Shown: positions 56,001 to 64,000, counted from the stretch's first letter. The stretch: 64,000 nt of DNA from Hydrolagus colliei (GCA_035084275.1 CM068749.1:13392001-13456000), one strand, 5' to 3'. Numbers and translations: made by a program. The notes: generated from the sequence alone by a model not told the origin.

Positions 56001-56880
56001 CAACTAACATAGGTGTGATCGCCAATATTTAGTGCTAAATTGTCAGTTAATAATCTTTGCATTTGATATATAGCACACATCTTCTAAACATCTCAAAGCG
56101 CTTCACAAAATATCTTGTAATATTTACGGGTGAAATGCATATTTACGGGTGAAATGCAGCAGCCAATTGCGTACAGCAGTGTGCCACAACCAGTCATGAA
56201 TTGAAATGACCAATTTTGTTTTGAGGGATTATTATTAGGTGTGGAGTAAGGAAACTTACCCAAGATTTTGCCCTGCCTGGAATCGAACCCAGGTCTCTCG
56301 CTTGCAAAGCAAGTGCTTTTAATCACTGAGCTACAGGACTCCAAAATGGGGAATATACATCAGTAGTGTTATTATTATGGTAGAGGCTAATCTTGAATCG
56401 TTCTATTGTCCTCAGGACCTCCAACAATATAATAGAGCATGATCTAAGTTGTTTGCCTTCTGAGCCATCCTAATTAATATGAGTTCACAAAGATGCTTTT
56501 GGAACAATAATTTTGCCAATTGGAGAGAAAATGCATTTTAAGTTGGAATTTTTTTTAAAAAAAGTTCAGATGGTAATCGTTGAATTTTTTTTCCAGAGCA
56601 TCTTTCCCCTCCACAATTGTATTTCATTGAAGCCACAAGTGACTCGGTGCATGTGAAATGGTTCCCGGTAGATGGTGCAGAGTATTATACTGTGATAGTG
56701 AAAGAAGATACCACTGTGATTTCAAAACCATTTAAACCCATTGTAAAATCAGTTCAAACAAACTACGTCCAAGTGAACAACCTTTCACCTGAAACACAAT
56801 ACATCGTTCTGATATCAGCTAAAAACTCAGCTGAAAGCAGTCAATGCTCTGAGGTTAATTTTGTAACAAGTGATGAATGA
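13225..56880 (+). CDS. Giant FNDC7-related secreted protein, 46 intact Cys-rich FN3 modules (~4,050 aa); resembles fish fndc7-related-sequence genes
   Basis: 19-nt micro-exon, then 45 intact phase 1-1 FN3 exons of 249-288 nt, a 72-nt linker exon and a terminal FN3 exon with stop at 56878-56880. All junctions GT-AG; ~12.15 kb coding in the listed exons. FN3 signatures (W in strand B, Y in C, L-x-C-G-x-x-Y-x-V/I-x-V-x-A) recur through the modules. Confidence 0.9.
14825..14992 (+). mobile_element. CR1-type LINE 3' tail
   Basis: ttttaaaagagaattagat...ggttatggggagagagcag...aaatggcctcct...ttctatgattctatga terminal microrepeat; reverse-oriented relatives near 15410-15630, 19485-19600, 48630-48740. 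Confidence 0.7.
16029..16289 (+). CDS. Module M1 (EFAITK...GRT), Cys-free FN3
   Basis: AG/GT, 261 nt. Confidence 0.88.
16925..17450 (+). mobile_element. LINE2-type 3' fragment (RT C-terminus DHITPTLARLHWLPIPQGIKFKIL plus tail)
   Basis: Typical L2 ORF2 C-terminal peptide; tail gatgccctataaat...ttgttgttg. Confidence 0.85.
17641..17895 (+). CDS. Module M2 (VPRGP...VVT), Cys-free FN3
   Basis: AG/GT, 255 nt. Confidence 0.88.
18166..18432 (+). CDS. Module M3 (MIRPP...ATE), 1 Cys
   Basis: AG/GT, 267 nt. Confidence 0.88.
18817..19077 (+). CDS. Module M4 (TLKPV...FDT)
   Basis: AG/GT, 261 nt. Confidence 0.88.
19814..20077 (+). CDS. Module M5 (EPCAPQ...INT)
   Basis: AG/GT, 264 nt. Confidence 0.9.
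20793..21050 (+). CDS. Module M6 (GPCVPQ...AET)
   Basis: AG/GT, 258 nt. Confidence 0.9.
21181..21441 (+). CDS. Module M7 (EPCTPE...IQT)
   Basis: AG/GT, 261 nt. Confidence 0.9.
21620..21887 (+). mobile_element. Degenerate LINE2 3' tail
   Basis: ctctggaatactttccct...aaggccttcatctttgacc...tataaatgcaagttcttgttgttg. Confidence 0.6.
22215..22511 (+). mobile_element. tRNA-derived SINE, near full length
   Basis: B-box gggttcaattcc, body ccttactccacac...gactgtttgtgggacactgc...ggctgccgcatttcgcccac, tail aaatgcaaggattattattat. Confidence 0.8.
22820..23086 (+). CDS. Module M8, type A (VPCVPQ...IET)
   Basis: AG/GT, 267 nt. Confidence 0.9.
23385..23648 (+). CDS. Module M9, type B (ATGCMAQ...TET), 4 Cys
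   Basis: tgaaccag acceptor, gtactg donor, 264 nt. Confidence 0.8.
24032..24292 (+). CDS. Module M10, type A (VPCPPK...LKT)
   Basis: AG/GT, 261 nt. Confidence 0.9.
24385..24670 (-). mobile_element. LINE2 3' tail, reverse orientation
   Basis: caacaacaacatcaaattacatttatattgtggcctttcac...purine-rich gagaggaagggatgaagttccatagggtggg is the reverse of the 17150-17450 tail. Confidence 0.65.
24875..25139 (+). pseudogene. Module M11, type B pseudo-exon
   Basis: 265 nt (+1 frameshift after CMPQ, giving a stop) and donor acag|ATactg instead of GTactg. Confidence 0.85.
25401..25661 (+). CDS. Module M12, type A (EPCAPQ...LET)
   Basis: AG/GT, 261 nt. Confidence 0.9.
26543..26803 (+). CDS. Module M13, type A (VPCIPQ...LKT)
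   Basis: AG/GT, 261 nt. Confidence 0.9.
27050..27296 (+). mobile_element. LINE2 3' tail
   Basis: tggaattccatcccacaatccctttgccttgctccctccc...aaggcgctctgcaaatgtcattttgttgttgtt; closely resembles 17190-17445. Confidence 0.75.
27378..27641 (+). CDS. Module M14, type B (VLECKPQ...TET)
   Basis: tgaatcag acceptor, gtactg donor, 264 nt. Confidence 0.85.
27927..28187 (+). CDS. Module M15 (VPCVPLNVNADLDY...LQT), lacks Cys2
   Basis: AG/GT, 261 nt. Confidence 0.9.
28500..28760 (+). CDS. Module M16 (VPCVPQ...GERYG...LET), lacks Cys6
   Basis: AG/GT, 261 nt. Confidence 0.9.
28935..29270 (-). mobile_element. SINE (Deu-like), reverse orientation
   Basis: tcaaagcacttcacagg...gtcccaaaacagccatg...gaatagtgccagggcatct...gggcttgaacctacaatcctatgactgagag. 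Confidence 0.65.
29501..29764 (+). CDS. Module M17, type B (DLNCMTQ...TKT)
   Basis: tgaatcag acceptor, gtactg donor, 264 nt. Confidence 0.85.
30886..31146 (+). CDS. Module M18 (copy of M15), lacks Cys2
   Basis: AG/GT, 261 nt. Confidence 0.9.
31459..31719 (+). CDS. Module M19 (copy of M16), lacks Cys6
   Basis: AG/GT, 261 nt. Confidence 0.9.
32474..32737 (+). CDS. Module M20, type B (ALDCLPQ...IKT)
   Basis: tgaatcag acceptor, gtattg donor, 264 nt. Confidence 0.85.
33652..33912 (+). CDS. Module M21, type A (VPCAPQ...IKT)
   Basis: AG/GT, 261 nt. Confidence 0.9.
34221..34484 (+). CDS. Module M22, type B (VMDCMPQ...IET)
   Basis: tgaaacag acceptor, gtactg donor, 264 nt. Confidence 0.85.
34934..35194 (+). 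CDS. Module M23 (VPCPPQ...FQT)
   Basis: AG/GT, 261 nt. Confidence 0.9.
35253..35291. repeat. Perfect 17-bp inverted repeat with 5-nt spacer, TTAA at both ends
   Basis: tttaaccatcgcacagc-tgcac-gctgtgcgatggttaaa. Confidence 0.9.
35425..35679 (+). CDS. Module M24 (VPCPPE...FST)
   Basis: AG/GT, 255 nt. Confidence 0.9.
36419..36679 (+). CDS. Module M25 (EPCAPQ...IKT)
   Basis: AG/GT, 261 nt. Confidence 0.9.
37536..37790 (+). CDS. Module M26 (APCKLQ...MES)
   Basis: AG/GT, 255 nt. Confidence 0.9.
37850..38000 (-). mobile_element. SINE 3' fragment, reverse orientation
   Basis: ataatccttgcattcgatagagcgcctt...gtcccacaaacagtcatg. Confidence 0.75.
38373..38633 (+). CDS. Module M27 (APCAPM...LQT)
   Basis: AG/GT, 261 nt. 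Confidence 0.9.
38958..39218 (+). CDS. Module M28 (APCIPQ...VNS)
   Basis: AG/GT, 261 nt. Confidence 0.9.
40233..40493 (+). CDS. Module M29 (APCTPL...MQT)
   Basis: AG/GT, 261 nt. Confidence 0.9.
40709..40969 (+). CDS. Module M30 (APCIPQ...IRT)
   Basis: AG/GT, 261 nt. Confidence 0.9.
40983..41016. repeat. Compound (CT)n(AT)n microsatellite
   Basis: tctctctc...tatatata just downstream of the M30 donor. Confidence 0.85.
41560..41820 (+). CDS. Module M31 (APCTPE...IHT)
   Basis: AG/GT, 261 nt. Confidence 0.9.
42591..42851 (+). CDS. Module M32 (EPCAPQ...IHT)
   Basis: AG/GT, 261 nt. Confidence 0.9.
43498..43767 (+). CDS. Module M33 (APCEPT...IET)
   Basis: AG/GT, 270 nt. Confidence 0.9.
43890..44070 (+). 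mobile_element. SINE 3' fragment
   Basis: gtgactgtttgagagacattgctgtacgcaattggctgctgcg...tcaaatgcaaggattattattattatt. Confidence 0.75.
44144..44404 (+). CDS. Module M34 (EPCIPE...IKS)
   Basis: AG/GT, 261 nt. Confidence 0.9.
45159..45419 (+). CDS. Module M35 (VPCPPQ...IQT)
   Basis: AG/GT, 261 nt. Confidence 0.9.
46424..46684 (+). CDS. Module M36 (APCMPE...ITA)
   Basis: AG/GT, 261 nt. Confidence 0.9.
46806..47066 (+). CDS. Module M37 (APCIPE...MYT), 4 Cys
   Basis: AG/GT, 261 nt. Confidence 0.9.
47442..47702 (+). CDS. Module M38 (VPCIPE...IET), 4 Cys
   Basis: AG/GT, 261 nt. Confidence 0.9.
48307..48567 (+). CDS. Module M39 (VPCGPQ...VDYELN...ISS), lacks Cys2
   Basis: AG/GT, 261 nt. Confidence 0.9.
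49002..49262 (+). CDS. Module M40 (ALCRPQ...NDQGSS...VET), lacks Cys6
   Basis: AG/GT, 261 nt. Confidence 0.9.
49729..49989 (+). CDS. Module M41 (VPCTPQ...VRS), 4 Cys
   Basis: AG/GT, 261 nt. Confidence 0.9.
50119..50379 (+). CDS. Module M42 (APCCPQ...LKT), 7 Cys
   Basis: AG/GT, 261 nt. Confidence 0.9.
50662..50922 (+). CDS. Module M43 (ASCAPQ...IIS)
   Basis: AG/GT, 261 nt. Confidence 0.9.
51433..51693 (+). CDS. Module M44 (APCPPY...VGA)
   Basis: AG/GT, 261 nt. Confidence 0.9.
51987..52274 (+). CDS. Module M45, divergent longer FN3 (VPCAPQILQ...GVT)
   Basis: AG/GT, 288 nt. Confidence 0.88.
52535..52843 (-). mobile_element. tRNA-derived SINE, reverse orientation
   Basis: Reverse head ctcctgtagctcgatggttagagtactcgcc...; body and tail like 56047-56343. 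Confidence 0.8.
52900..53690 (+). mobile_element. LINE2-type ORF2 3' fragment, frameshifted
   Basis: WMRANFLQLKVNKTEALLIG, RNLGILFD, LRNIARLR, IHAFITSRLDY, DHITPTLTRLHWIPIPQRIEFKIL, GRAFSLSAPTLWNSIP; frame change near 53290. Confidence 0.92.
54160..54408 (+). CDS. Module M46 (VPCPPK...VLQ)
   Basis: AG/GT, 249 nt. Confidence 0.88.
55675..55746 (+). CDS. Putative 72-nt linker exon (GRHHIIIIILRPRNKLYNASLNNE)
   Basis: tacag acceptor, AAG|gtaatt donor, open frame, phase 1-1. Confidence 0.5.
56047..56343 (-). mobile_element. tRNA-derived SINE, full length
   Basis: Reverse head gagtcctgtagctcagtgattaaaagcac...gggttcgattccagg (Pol III A and B boxes); tail aaatgcaaagattattaa; internal 19-bp tandem duplication 56120-56157. 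Confidence 0.88.
56597..56880 (+). CDS. Module M47, terminal FN3 exon (EHLSPPQ...VTSDE*)
   Basis: ttttttccag acceptor, FN3 motifs VKWFPVDGAEYY / LSPETQYIVLISAKN, stop TGA. Confidence 0.88.
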
Positions 56881-57438
56881 AAGTGCATAACTCTTGAGCT
56901 GAATTTTATACTTGCATCCTACATTTTGTTTATCTACCTGGGATAAAATATCAAGTACATTTTTAACAAAGGCTGGTAAATCACAATTTAAAAACAAAAA
57001 TGTAATTTTTTTAGCAATTAGAAATTCTTAGAGGAACAATTACGGTCCAGCATATCTTGCAATGACACATTAATATAAATTGCAAGCCTCTGTCAGATTT
57101 TTCCATTACACTTTATACATGAGATTTCTAATATAAATTTTATTGTTAAATTACTATATGCCGATATAATGTGAGATGAATCAAATCAGATTATTCCATT
57201 ATGTTTTCTTTACATGCGATGTCTAATGAATTGTCCTGTTCATTCAAATTATTGAGTACTGTACATCTCAATATACTGTAATAATAATACTGATTTTATT
57301 TAGTCTTTGTGGTATACAAAGAAAATGTGCAATTTAATTGTTGATGCTAATTAGTGATTTCTAAAACAAGCTTTGTGGTCTGTATAAAATTATATTTTTA
57401 CTGGCTTCATTGTAAAATATTGTTCCTGTATTTGATGA

Positions 57439-57444
57439 AATAAA
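57439..57444 (+). promoter_or_regulatory. Candidate polyadenylation signal of the giant FN3 gene
   Basis: AATAAA ~560 nt after the stop, followed by GT/T-rich sequence. Confidence 0.45.
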
Positions 57445-59675
57445 AATCTCAGCATTTTAGTAACTTGTGGAATTATTCTGTTCACAAATAACGTTTGCCT
57501 TAAAAAGTTATAAATAGGTAATAACATTTATACAGTACAAGGAACAAAGTGTCCAGGTGTGAGTATGGAACAAACCCGTAACCTCCATTTTAATAGTTAT
57601 ACTCGCAGTTTGCTATGAACATGTATTTTAATGAGCATGACACATTCTTAGAACAAGCTATATAGCTCAGTTGTTTGTCAACTATTTTCCTTTATAATTA
57701 CCGAAACTCCTTAGATATTCAGCAATTTGTGAAAACAAATCTAACACATATTGGAAGTTGTATATCAATTAGTTGCTAAACTTGGGATATAGATCAGTAA
57801 ACTTTCATTTTGCTGCAGAGGGAGACTAATGTATATGGTTTACTACTGCAGAATATTCATCAACAATTTAAAAACATTAGTGCAGGTGAAACTGACATTT
57901 TAGTTAGAATACATTAGTATAAGAATCGTTGGAACTATACCAAAGTACAGAAATATTCTGTAAAAAGTCAAGAGTACATTTGAAGTGCACTAAACTATCT
58001 TGGACTTTAATATTTGCATTAAACTCTGTTTAGTTTGCACTAGTGAATTACATGGCTGTAATACCTCAAAATTTACAAATTTTGATATAATTTCCAAATG
58101 GCCTCAACACAAGACTTATCAATTTTGATCTTAAACAGCTTGTTTTTAATTAATAAGTATGTTGAACATACTAAACAAAGTACAGATAACAATGTCCCTC
58201 AGCCTCTGCCTGTTTGAAATAAAATATGGGGTTTCATTATAAAAAGCCTTTTGAATAGTGTAATGGGATCTTTAATGCCCCCAATTTAACAGGCAGATAG
58301 GATCAACCAGTATCATCGAGAGGATGGTAATTCTGATTTGGCAGTCCATTGCTGTTCATGCAATGTTACTGGTTCAATTAGTTTGCACACACGAAAAACA
58401 AATTTAGTCAGATTGAAGTTCTAAAGTTAAAAATTATAACCACAACCTACCTAATAAATTGTTTGAAATTCAGCTTTTTTGTGAAATTTGTTTCAATTTC
58501 AAACATTCCTGTGTGAACTCATCAGAATTCCACAAAGAAATTGTGCCTTCAATTGTGCCTATTATTCAATTTGACAGGTTCCAAATTTCACTTATGATTT
58601 ACAGCTTTACTTAGAATTGTTAATTATACACCAGCCAATGTGTTGCCCGTGTCTATAATAGTAACAAATAAACACCTTAAAATTACCGTTAAACATTACA
58701 ACAAAGCACTTTATATTACTTAATTATGCATATTTTTAAAAAAGCAATTCACGTCATAATACAAGATTGGAGAACCAGACACGCAAATTGCCCTCATGCT
58801 TGCTTTCCAGCCCTCAATTACAGATGTCCCTTGAAATATAAATTATACAAAAATGGATTGTGAAAATTCTGAACAGTTGTACTAGTGAGGAGGTCATCTT
58901 TCTGTTTAATACATTCTAAACTTCTAAATATTCATTGAGCAGAGTGCAGGCAAAATTGTAAGAACCGAATAATACAAAGTGTTACTGATTAAAGAAAATA
59001 TCTTGTAGCTTGCACTATTACAAGTATACTGTTATGCATGGATGGACTATGAAATCTAACTCTTCTATTTTCATACAGTAAAATTCCAGATGAATTGCTG
59101 ATTTTGAGATTCAATTTACATCCCATTTGTCATCATAACTTTCCCCCTATCAGAAAATAATTGAAAGCCAAATAATAAAGGAAAGACTGTTACAATGAAC
59201 ACCTCTCCCTAAAATTTTCCACATTACAAGAATTTAACAAATAAAATTTTAACATCAGGCTAATACATCTCCTCACCATATCAATCGTCTCTGTACAATA
59301 TCAACACACCACACTTGAACAGTTGAAGTACTGGCAGTTTATTGCCCATCATACAAAATGAACCAACATGGCAGTTGCGCCATGGATTAAAACTCTTAGA
59401 ACATATGTACATAGTGTACTTGCAAAAACATAATTTCAAACAAAAACAAATCTTGTATCATCAACTACATTGTACAGAATAAAGTTGGTTTTGAATTACA
59501 ATGGTAAGTTGAACAGCTGGTTACCAAAGGCACTTCCCTACAAACAGGAAATATCTGCAGGCTACAGGGATCTGAAGACGCATTTATCCTAGCCATAGCA
59601 TAATTTTTAAAATTGTTTAAAGAAAAATGTTCAATTCAAGCAATTTATTCACTGTACAATTAAAGATTCAAACTC

Positions 59676-60537
59676 TCAGTCCTCATCTGTTGCACTGCCT
59701 TCCAACTGTTCCTCCACATTACTTTTGTTCTCTCTTTCTGTACTCTGGCTTCTTCCATGGCCTTGTTTACTTGAGTGGTCCTTGCCGTCGCTGTGGCTTT
59801 GCTTGTGAGATCGTTCTGTGCTCCGACTGCGTTTACGGGCACGTTCTTTGCTATCACTACGTCGTTTCTTTATTCGTTCCCCATCATTCACACTAGTCCT
59901 TTCTCTACTAATGCTCCTTTTGTTTGATTTCTCCTTATGTTCATTTCGGTGTTTAGACTTCTCTTTGCTTTTGCTTCTACGACCCCTACCAGGACTGCCA
60001 CTTCTATGTCTTTTGTCTCGGCTTCTGCTTCTACTATGCCTTTTGTCCTTCTTGGATTCTTTTTTATCTTCTTTGTGTCTCCTTTCATCCTTCTCTCTTT
60101 TGTCATCCTTATGCTTCCTGTCTTCCAATTCTGAACGGCTTCTTTTTTCCCTGTCTTTTGATCTCTCTGGTTCTTTCTCAAAATTTCTCTCTCGGTCTCT
60201 CTCACTTGCCCTTTCCTTGTCTCTGTCATGGTCTTTGTCTCGCTTTCTGCTTCGCTCATTTTCCTTCTCTCGGTCCTTATCCCTCTTATCACTCCTTTGA
60301 TCTCTGCTTCGACTTCGGTGTCGGTCTCTACTTCTACTTCGCCTACGGTCTAAGCTTCGAGATCTATGCCTATCCTTTTCACTTCGATCTCGAATCTGCT
60401 CTCTTTCTCTTTTCTGTCGCTCCCTCTCTCTTTCTAATTCTTTCTCAAAACCAAAAGATCCATGACCATCTCTGTGGCGACTTCTGCTCCTGGATCGCCT
60501 GGGTGACTTGCGTGGACTAAGTGATCTTCTCGGTGAC
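59676..60537 (-). CDS. PRPF38B: PRPF38B last coding exon (RS domain)
   Basis: ttttaag acceptor, 862 nt, in frame SPRRSLSPRKSPRRSRSRSR..., stop TGA 59678-59676. Confidence 0.93.
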
Positions 60538-60840
60538 CTTAAAATAAAAACAGTAAGATGCTGTAAATTCTAAAATACTTTCACATCTCATTTTTAAAAA
60601 TAAATAGAATGCCTTAAGTTACCGTGAATGTCTACGTTCTGGAGGACGCTCTGCCTCTTCCATACCGTCCTTCTTGACAATTTTCCTTGGTCGAGATTTC
60701 AGCAATTGGTCCAAATTCTTTTGAACTGGGACTGGAATTCTTGGGAATAAAGTGGAGAACCATTCAAGTTTTGTGAGGAAAGAACGAATCATCTCTCCTA
60801 TTGTCATGACACAACCTCCTCCAGCCTTTACATCTAGTTC
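59676..60840 (-). CDS. PRPF38B: PRPF38B, pre-mRNA-splicing factor 38B, last two coding exons (upstream exons beyond the window)
   Basis: ELDVKAGGGCVMTIGEMIRSFLTKLEWFSTLFPRIPVPVQKN matches recalled human PRPF38B, followed by an RS/RE-rich tail ending SATDED*. Confidence 0.95.
60623..60840 (-). CDS. PRPF38B: PRPF38B penultimate exon
   Basis: tttttcag acceptor, CG|gtaact donor, 218 nt, phase 0 to 2. Confidence 0.93.
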
Positions 60841-63364
60841 CTGAAAAACACAAGTATAACATCCTCAAAAAATGATTTTAAGGAATGTTCTTCACATTTG
60901 TGTTAGTATATATATATTTTTAAAAAGCCCCAATGAGCTACATTGAAGTAACCTAAGGAATGTGTATTTGAAAGGCATGCAGCTCAACCTGCAAGACTCT
61001 CAAGACTATCCCAAATTAATGCAGTGAAGCCTGTAAAAAATGGTTAAAATTAGATTGATACAACTTTGATAATACCACTAATTTGTGCAAGTATCTGCAA
61101 GATAACCTGCACAATTCCTCCTAGAACAGGCAAATACAATGTAATCTGACCCCGTCGTTGTGTGATCTAAAACTGCATTCTAATTGCCCTGTTTTTTTTA
61201 AAAAAAATTCCCACATCTAAATCTCTTTAAATTTGGTAATTTAAGAATCTTAAAACAGATCACGAACTATCAACCAATGATTTCAATATGCAGCTAGAAA
61301 AGTACAGCTACACTTGAAAACTATTGGAAAGCAGTTACACTTTCTTCTATATTTGATCCTTGTGACCCTCATATCTGAAATATACCATGTTTAACATTAA
61401 GGCAACTTTTTGAAACAATAGCAAACCAACTGCCTTGAAGCAGTGAGGTATTATGAGTTAACATTTGAGAACAAAATAGTTTGAAACTGCATAATCCACG
61501 ATGACCATTGTCTGTGGAAAAGGGTCATTACCGCATGATTGCCTTCTTGCCATGCCCTCTCACAGCTCAGGACATGTTGGTCAGCTATTGTCAGTCCCCA
61601 ACCTACAGTGCAAGCACACAGGAAAATCAGATTTTGTTATTAAGCTAGAAAAACAAAAAAACAGTCTAAACATAAAATAAGCGCTTGCACTCACACACAT
61701 TAATCAACAGTGTTGCTCAGCTACATTTCCAAATTCACCTGCTGCCCAATGAAGATCTAAAGAAGAAAACAGGGCAATTAGCTTAAATGCAGGCAGTCTC
61801 AGAGCTTCATTCAACTCAGGTTCAGATCTAAAATTCTGAGGAATAGATAGATGCAAACACAGGCAGAACTGCAACTTTGTTTGTTTATTGTTTGCCTTAA
61901 GTAAAAGTAGACTACAAGCACTATGACTGAAATCAAAGGGCACATAAACACAAAATCCATTAGATTGATGAAAATTTATGATGAAACAATAGTTTCTTGT
62001 GTTTTTTTAAAAAAATCAGCCCATTAGAATATTACGGTCCAGGGTATAAATGGCAAATTGCCATAAAAACAAAACATTTCTTAGATGAATCCCATGCAGG
62101 GGATGAGAGAGTAATCCAAAATTTCTCAGGACCTATGCATATTGAAGAAAATGTGTTACAGGCAAGAAAGTGGGATACTAGACTTTATTCCTCATCATAA
62201 GACTATACTGCATTGTCACTAGCACTGCAAACCCCAAAGGACAAAACCATAACATAACTGCTATTGCAAACACAAAAAACTACAATAGGATTATTTTGAG
62301 TTCGTAGGAATATAGGTCAATTACATGGTCAAGGATGAAATGCCATTTAATCCCATTCCCCCCCATAAATTTTCAAACAAGAAAATCCTTACATTACAAT
62401 TAAGAATTGATTCTGTGTTCATGACATTCTGTGGCAGAGTATTCAGTCTCAATCATTTAAATGAAGGTTTTTCTGATCTCATTTATATCTTGGTTAAGTT
62501 GTATTTAAAAATTAAGTGCTGTTTGTTTTGGATCCCTTTTACTAAAGGGAAAGCAACCTTCCACTTCCCATAACAATGCAGCTCAATCAAATCACCTTTT
62601 TACCTTGAGCTTTGCAGAATATAACCTAAATTCATTCAAAGACTCATGATAGATGACCACCCCTTTGATAACTTAATCTCTCATCCCAATTACGTTTACT
62701 TTGTGAACCATCATTGGATGCCTTTAGGTTAGTATATTCTTCCCATTGTGCACCTGAAAACAGAAAACAATCAAGCTGCATGCCCACCAATCTGATTTTT
62801 TTTCATTACCATAGGGAGGAAGCAGTACAAAATTTGAAGGTTAAACTTTAAAAATGTACTTCTGCAAAGATCAAGAAACTGATTATTTATATATCTGTAA
62901 AATGAGATTTGTCAGTATTTCTTTGTGAATGGAAAAGATTATAAATCAAACTGAAGATGTGGCATAAAGGTCTCACACACCACTCAAATCATCGCAAAAT
63001 AGACAATTGGGACAGGGTATAATCTAATTTTCCTTTCACAGTGGTAGACAAATTGTTTATTGTGCTTGCATATTATTCAATTTTTTTCCAGGTGTGTTGG
63101 GGAGCGGAAAAGGTACTGAACAAACTAAATTGTTACATATCTTACAATTAGCCACCATAAATTACACTCGGATTAAGAGTCACATCCATTCCAGAATATG
63201 AAACGTCACATTTTTAAAGCAGCAATCATTTGATACAAAAATCACTTCCAATAATGATGGGAATATCATTGCCAAATGCTTTGTAGCAAGGTATTCACTA
63301 TGAGCCTTGTAACAAATCAGTATTCTTTTAACAAAGTTACATCAGTTCCTTGTTTCCTCTTATA

Positions 63365-63880
63365 TAATATCAAAGGATATTGCAGCAATTGAGACGATGC
63401 AGTGGAGAGCAGCCAAAATGATTTGAGGGGATAGAGGGACTGGATTACAAGGAGTGATTAGATAAAAGGAGCATGTTTGCATTGGAACAGAGAAAGTTGC
63501 GAAGCGATAATTATGATCTAAAGGTTCAGAAGGAAATAAGATAATGTAGACTATGATAAGATGTTTCATCTTGAAACGAAAAGTAGAATCTGAGGACTCA
63601 GCCAGTGATCAAAGGGGGCTAACTTTTAAAAACAAATCTTATGGAGCAGGCTTCCTTCGGAGACAGGAAGCAGAAAATGTTGTTTGTTTCAAGAATAAAT
63701 TAGATAGATTTCTGCTAGAAAATAGTATCTCTGGACATAATTTAGAACACAACATGTAAAACAACTGCCAGAATGAAAATAGTATCTCTGGACATAATTT
63801 AGAACACAACATGTAAAACAACTGCCAGAATGGTGGAAGGCAAACTAGATGGACCTTGGTTTTGCAAGTTCTTATGTCAT
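63365..63880 (+). mobile_element. Degenerate CR1 LINE 3' fragment in PRPF38B intron
   Basis: KDIAAIETMQWRAAKMI resembles the CR1 DIxxLExVQRRATKMI motif; FKNKLDRFL; tail ctagatggacc...gttcttatg. Confidence 0.75.
63718..63831. repeat. Exact 57-bp tandem duplication
   Basis: gaaaatagtatctctggacataatttagaacacaacatgtaaaacaactgccagaat twice (63718, 63775). Confidence 0.92.
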
Positions 63881-64000
63881 TAACTTGAAAAGGCAGTGCA
63901 CCAACAATTCTGTAACATCCCCCATGGAATAGAAACAGTTAGAAATCATTCAATTCCTTGCAAGTATTAATAATAATCCTTGCATTTGATATAGCGCTTT

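Noticed and set aside
56270-56343. tRNA gene
   Set aside because: The tRNA-like A/B boxes run directly into a SINE body and tail found in several copies; no proper acceptor stem.
16029-56880. Regularly spaced ~260-nt repeats as a CRISPR array, V-segment cluster or set of separate small genes
   Set aside because: Each unit has an AG acceptor and GT donor in phase 1 and encodes an FN3 domain. I saw no RSS heptamer/nonamer, individual leaders or direct-repeat/spacer structure.
59627-60520. Plus-strand Leu/Ser/Phe-rich ORFs
   Set aside because: Antisense shadows of the low-complexity RS/RE exon of PRPF38B.

Overview
AT-rich vertebrate genomic DNA, probably from a cartilaginous fish judging by its SINE, LINE2, CR1 and Penelope-type repeats. 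It holds three genes, reconstructed by hand from splice sites and reading phase. (1) The 3' part of FNDC7 (+, exons 283-4699), ending VIYRGKRSLSS*. (2) A giant tandem FNDC7 paralogue (+, ~13.2-56.9 kb, first coding exon uncertain) with 47 one-exon-one-domain FN3 modules, all joined by phase-1 introns. 46 are intact and one is a pseudo-exon, giving ~4,050 aa, Cys-rich, with no TM segment. (3) The last two coding exons of PRPF38B (-, 60840-59676), tail-to-tail with the paralogue. Main observations: Cys losses co-vary between ADJACENT modules, suggesting inter-domain disulfide staples and a rigid rod; a young higher-order A/B exon-repeat block (22.7-35.2 kb) carries a near-identical ~1 kb duplicated or converted segment, a dead exon and traces of deleted exons; also a GC-AG intron, a Penelope-type hairpin with a hammerhead-ribozyme core, and a TTAA-flanked perfect palindrome. 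No alignments or database searches were run; homology calls rest on recalled sequences.
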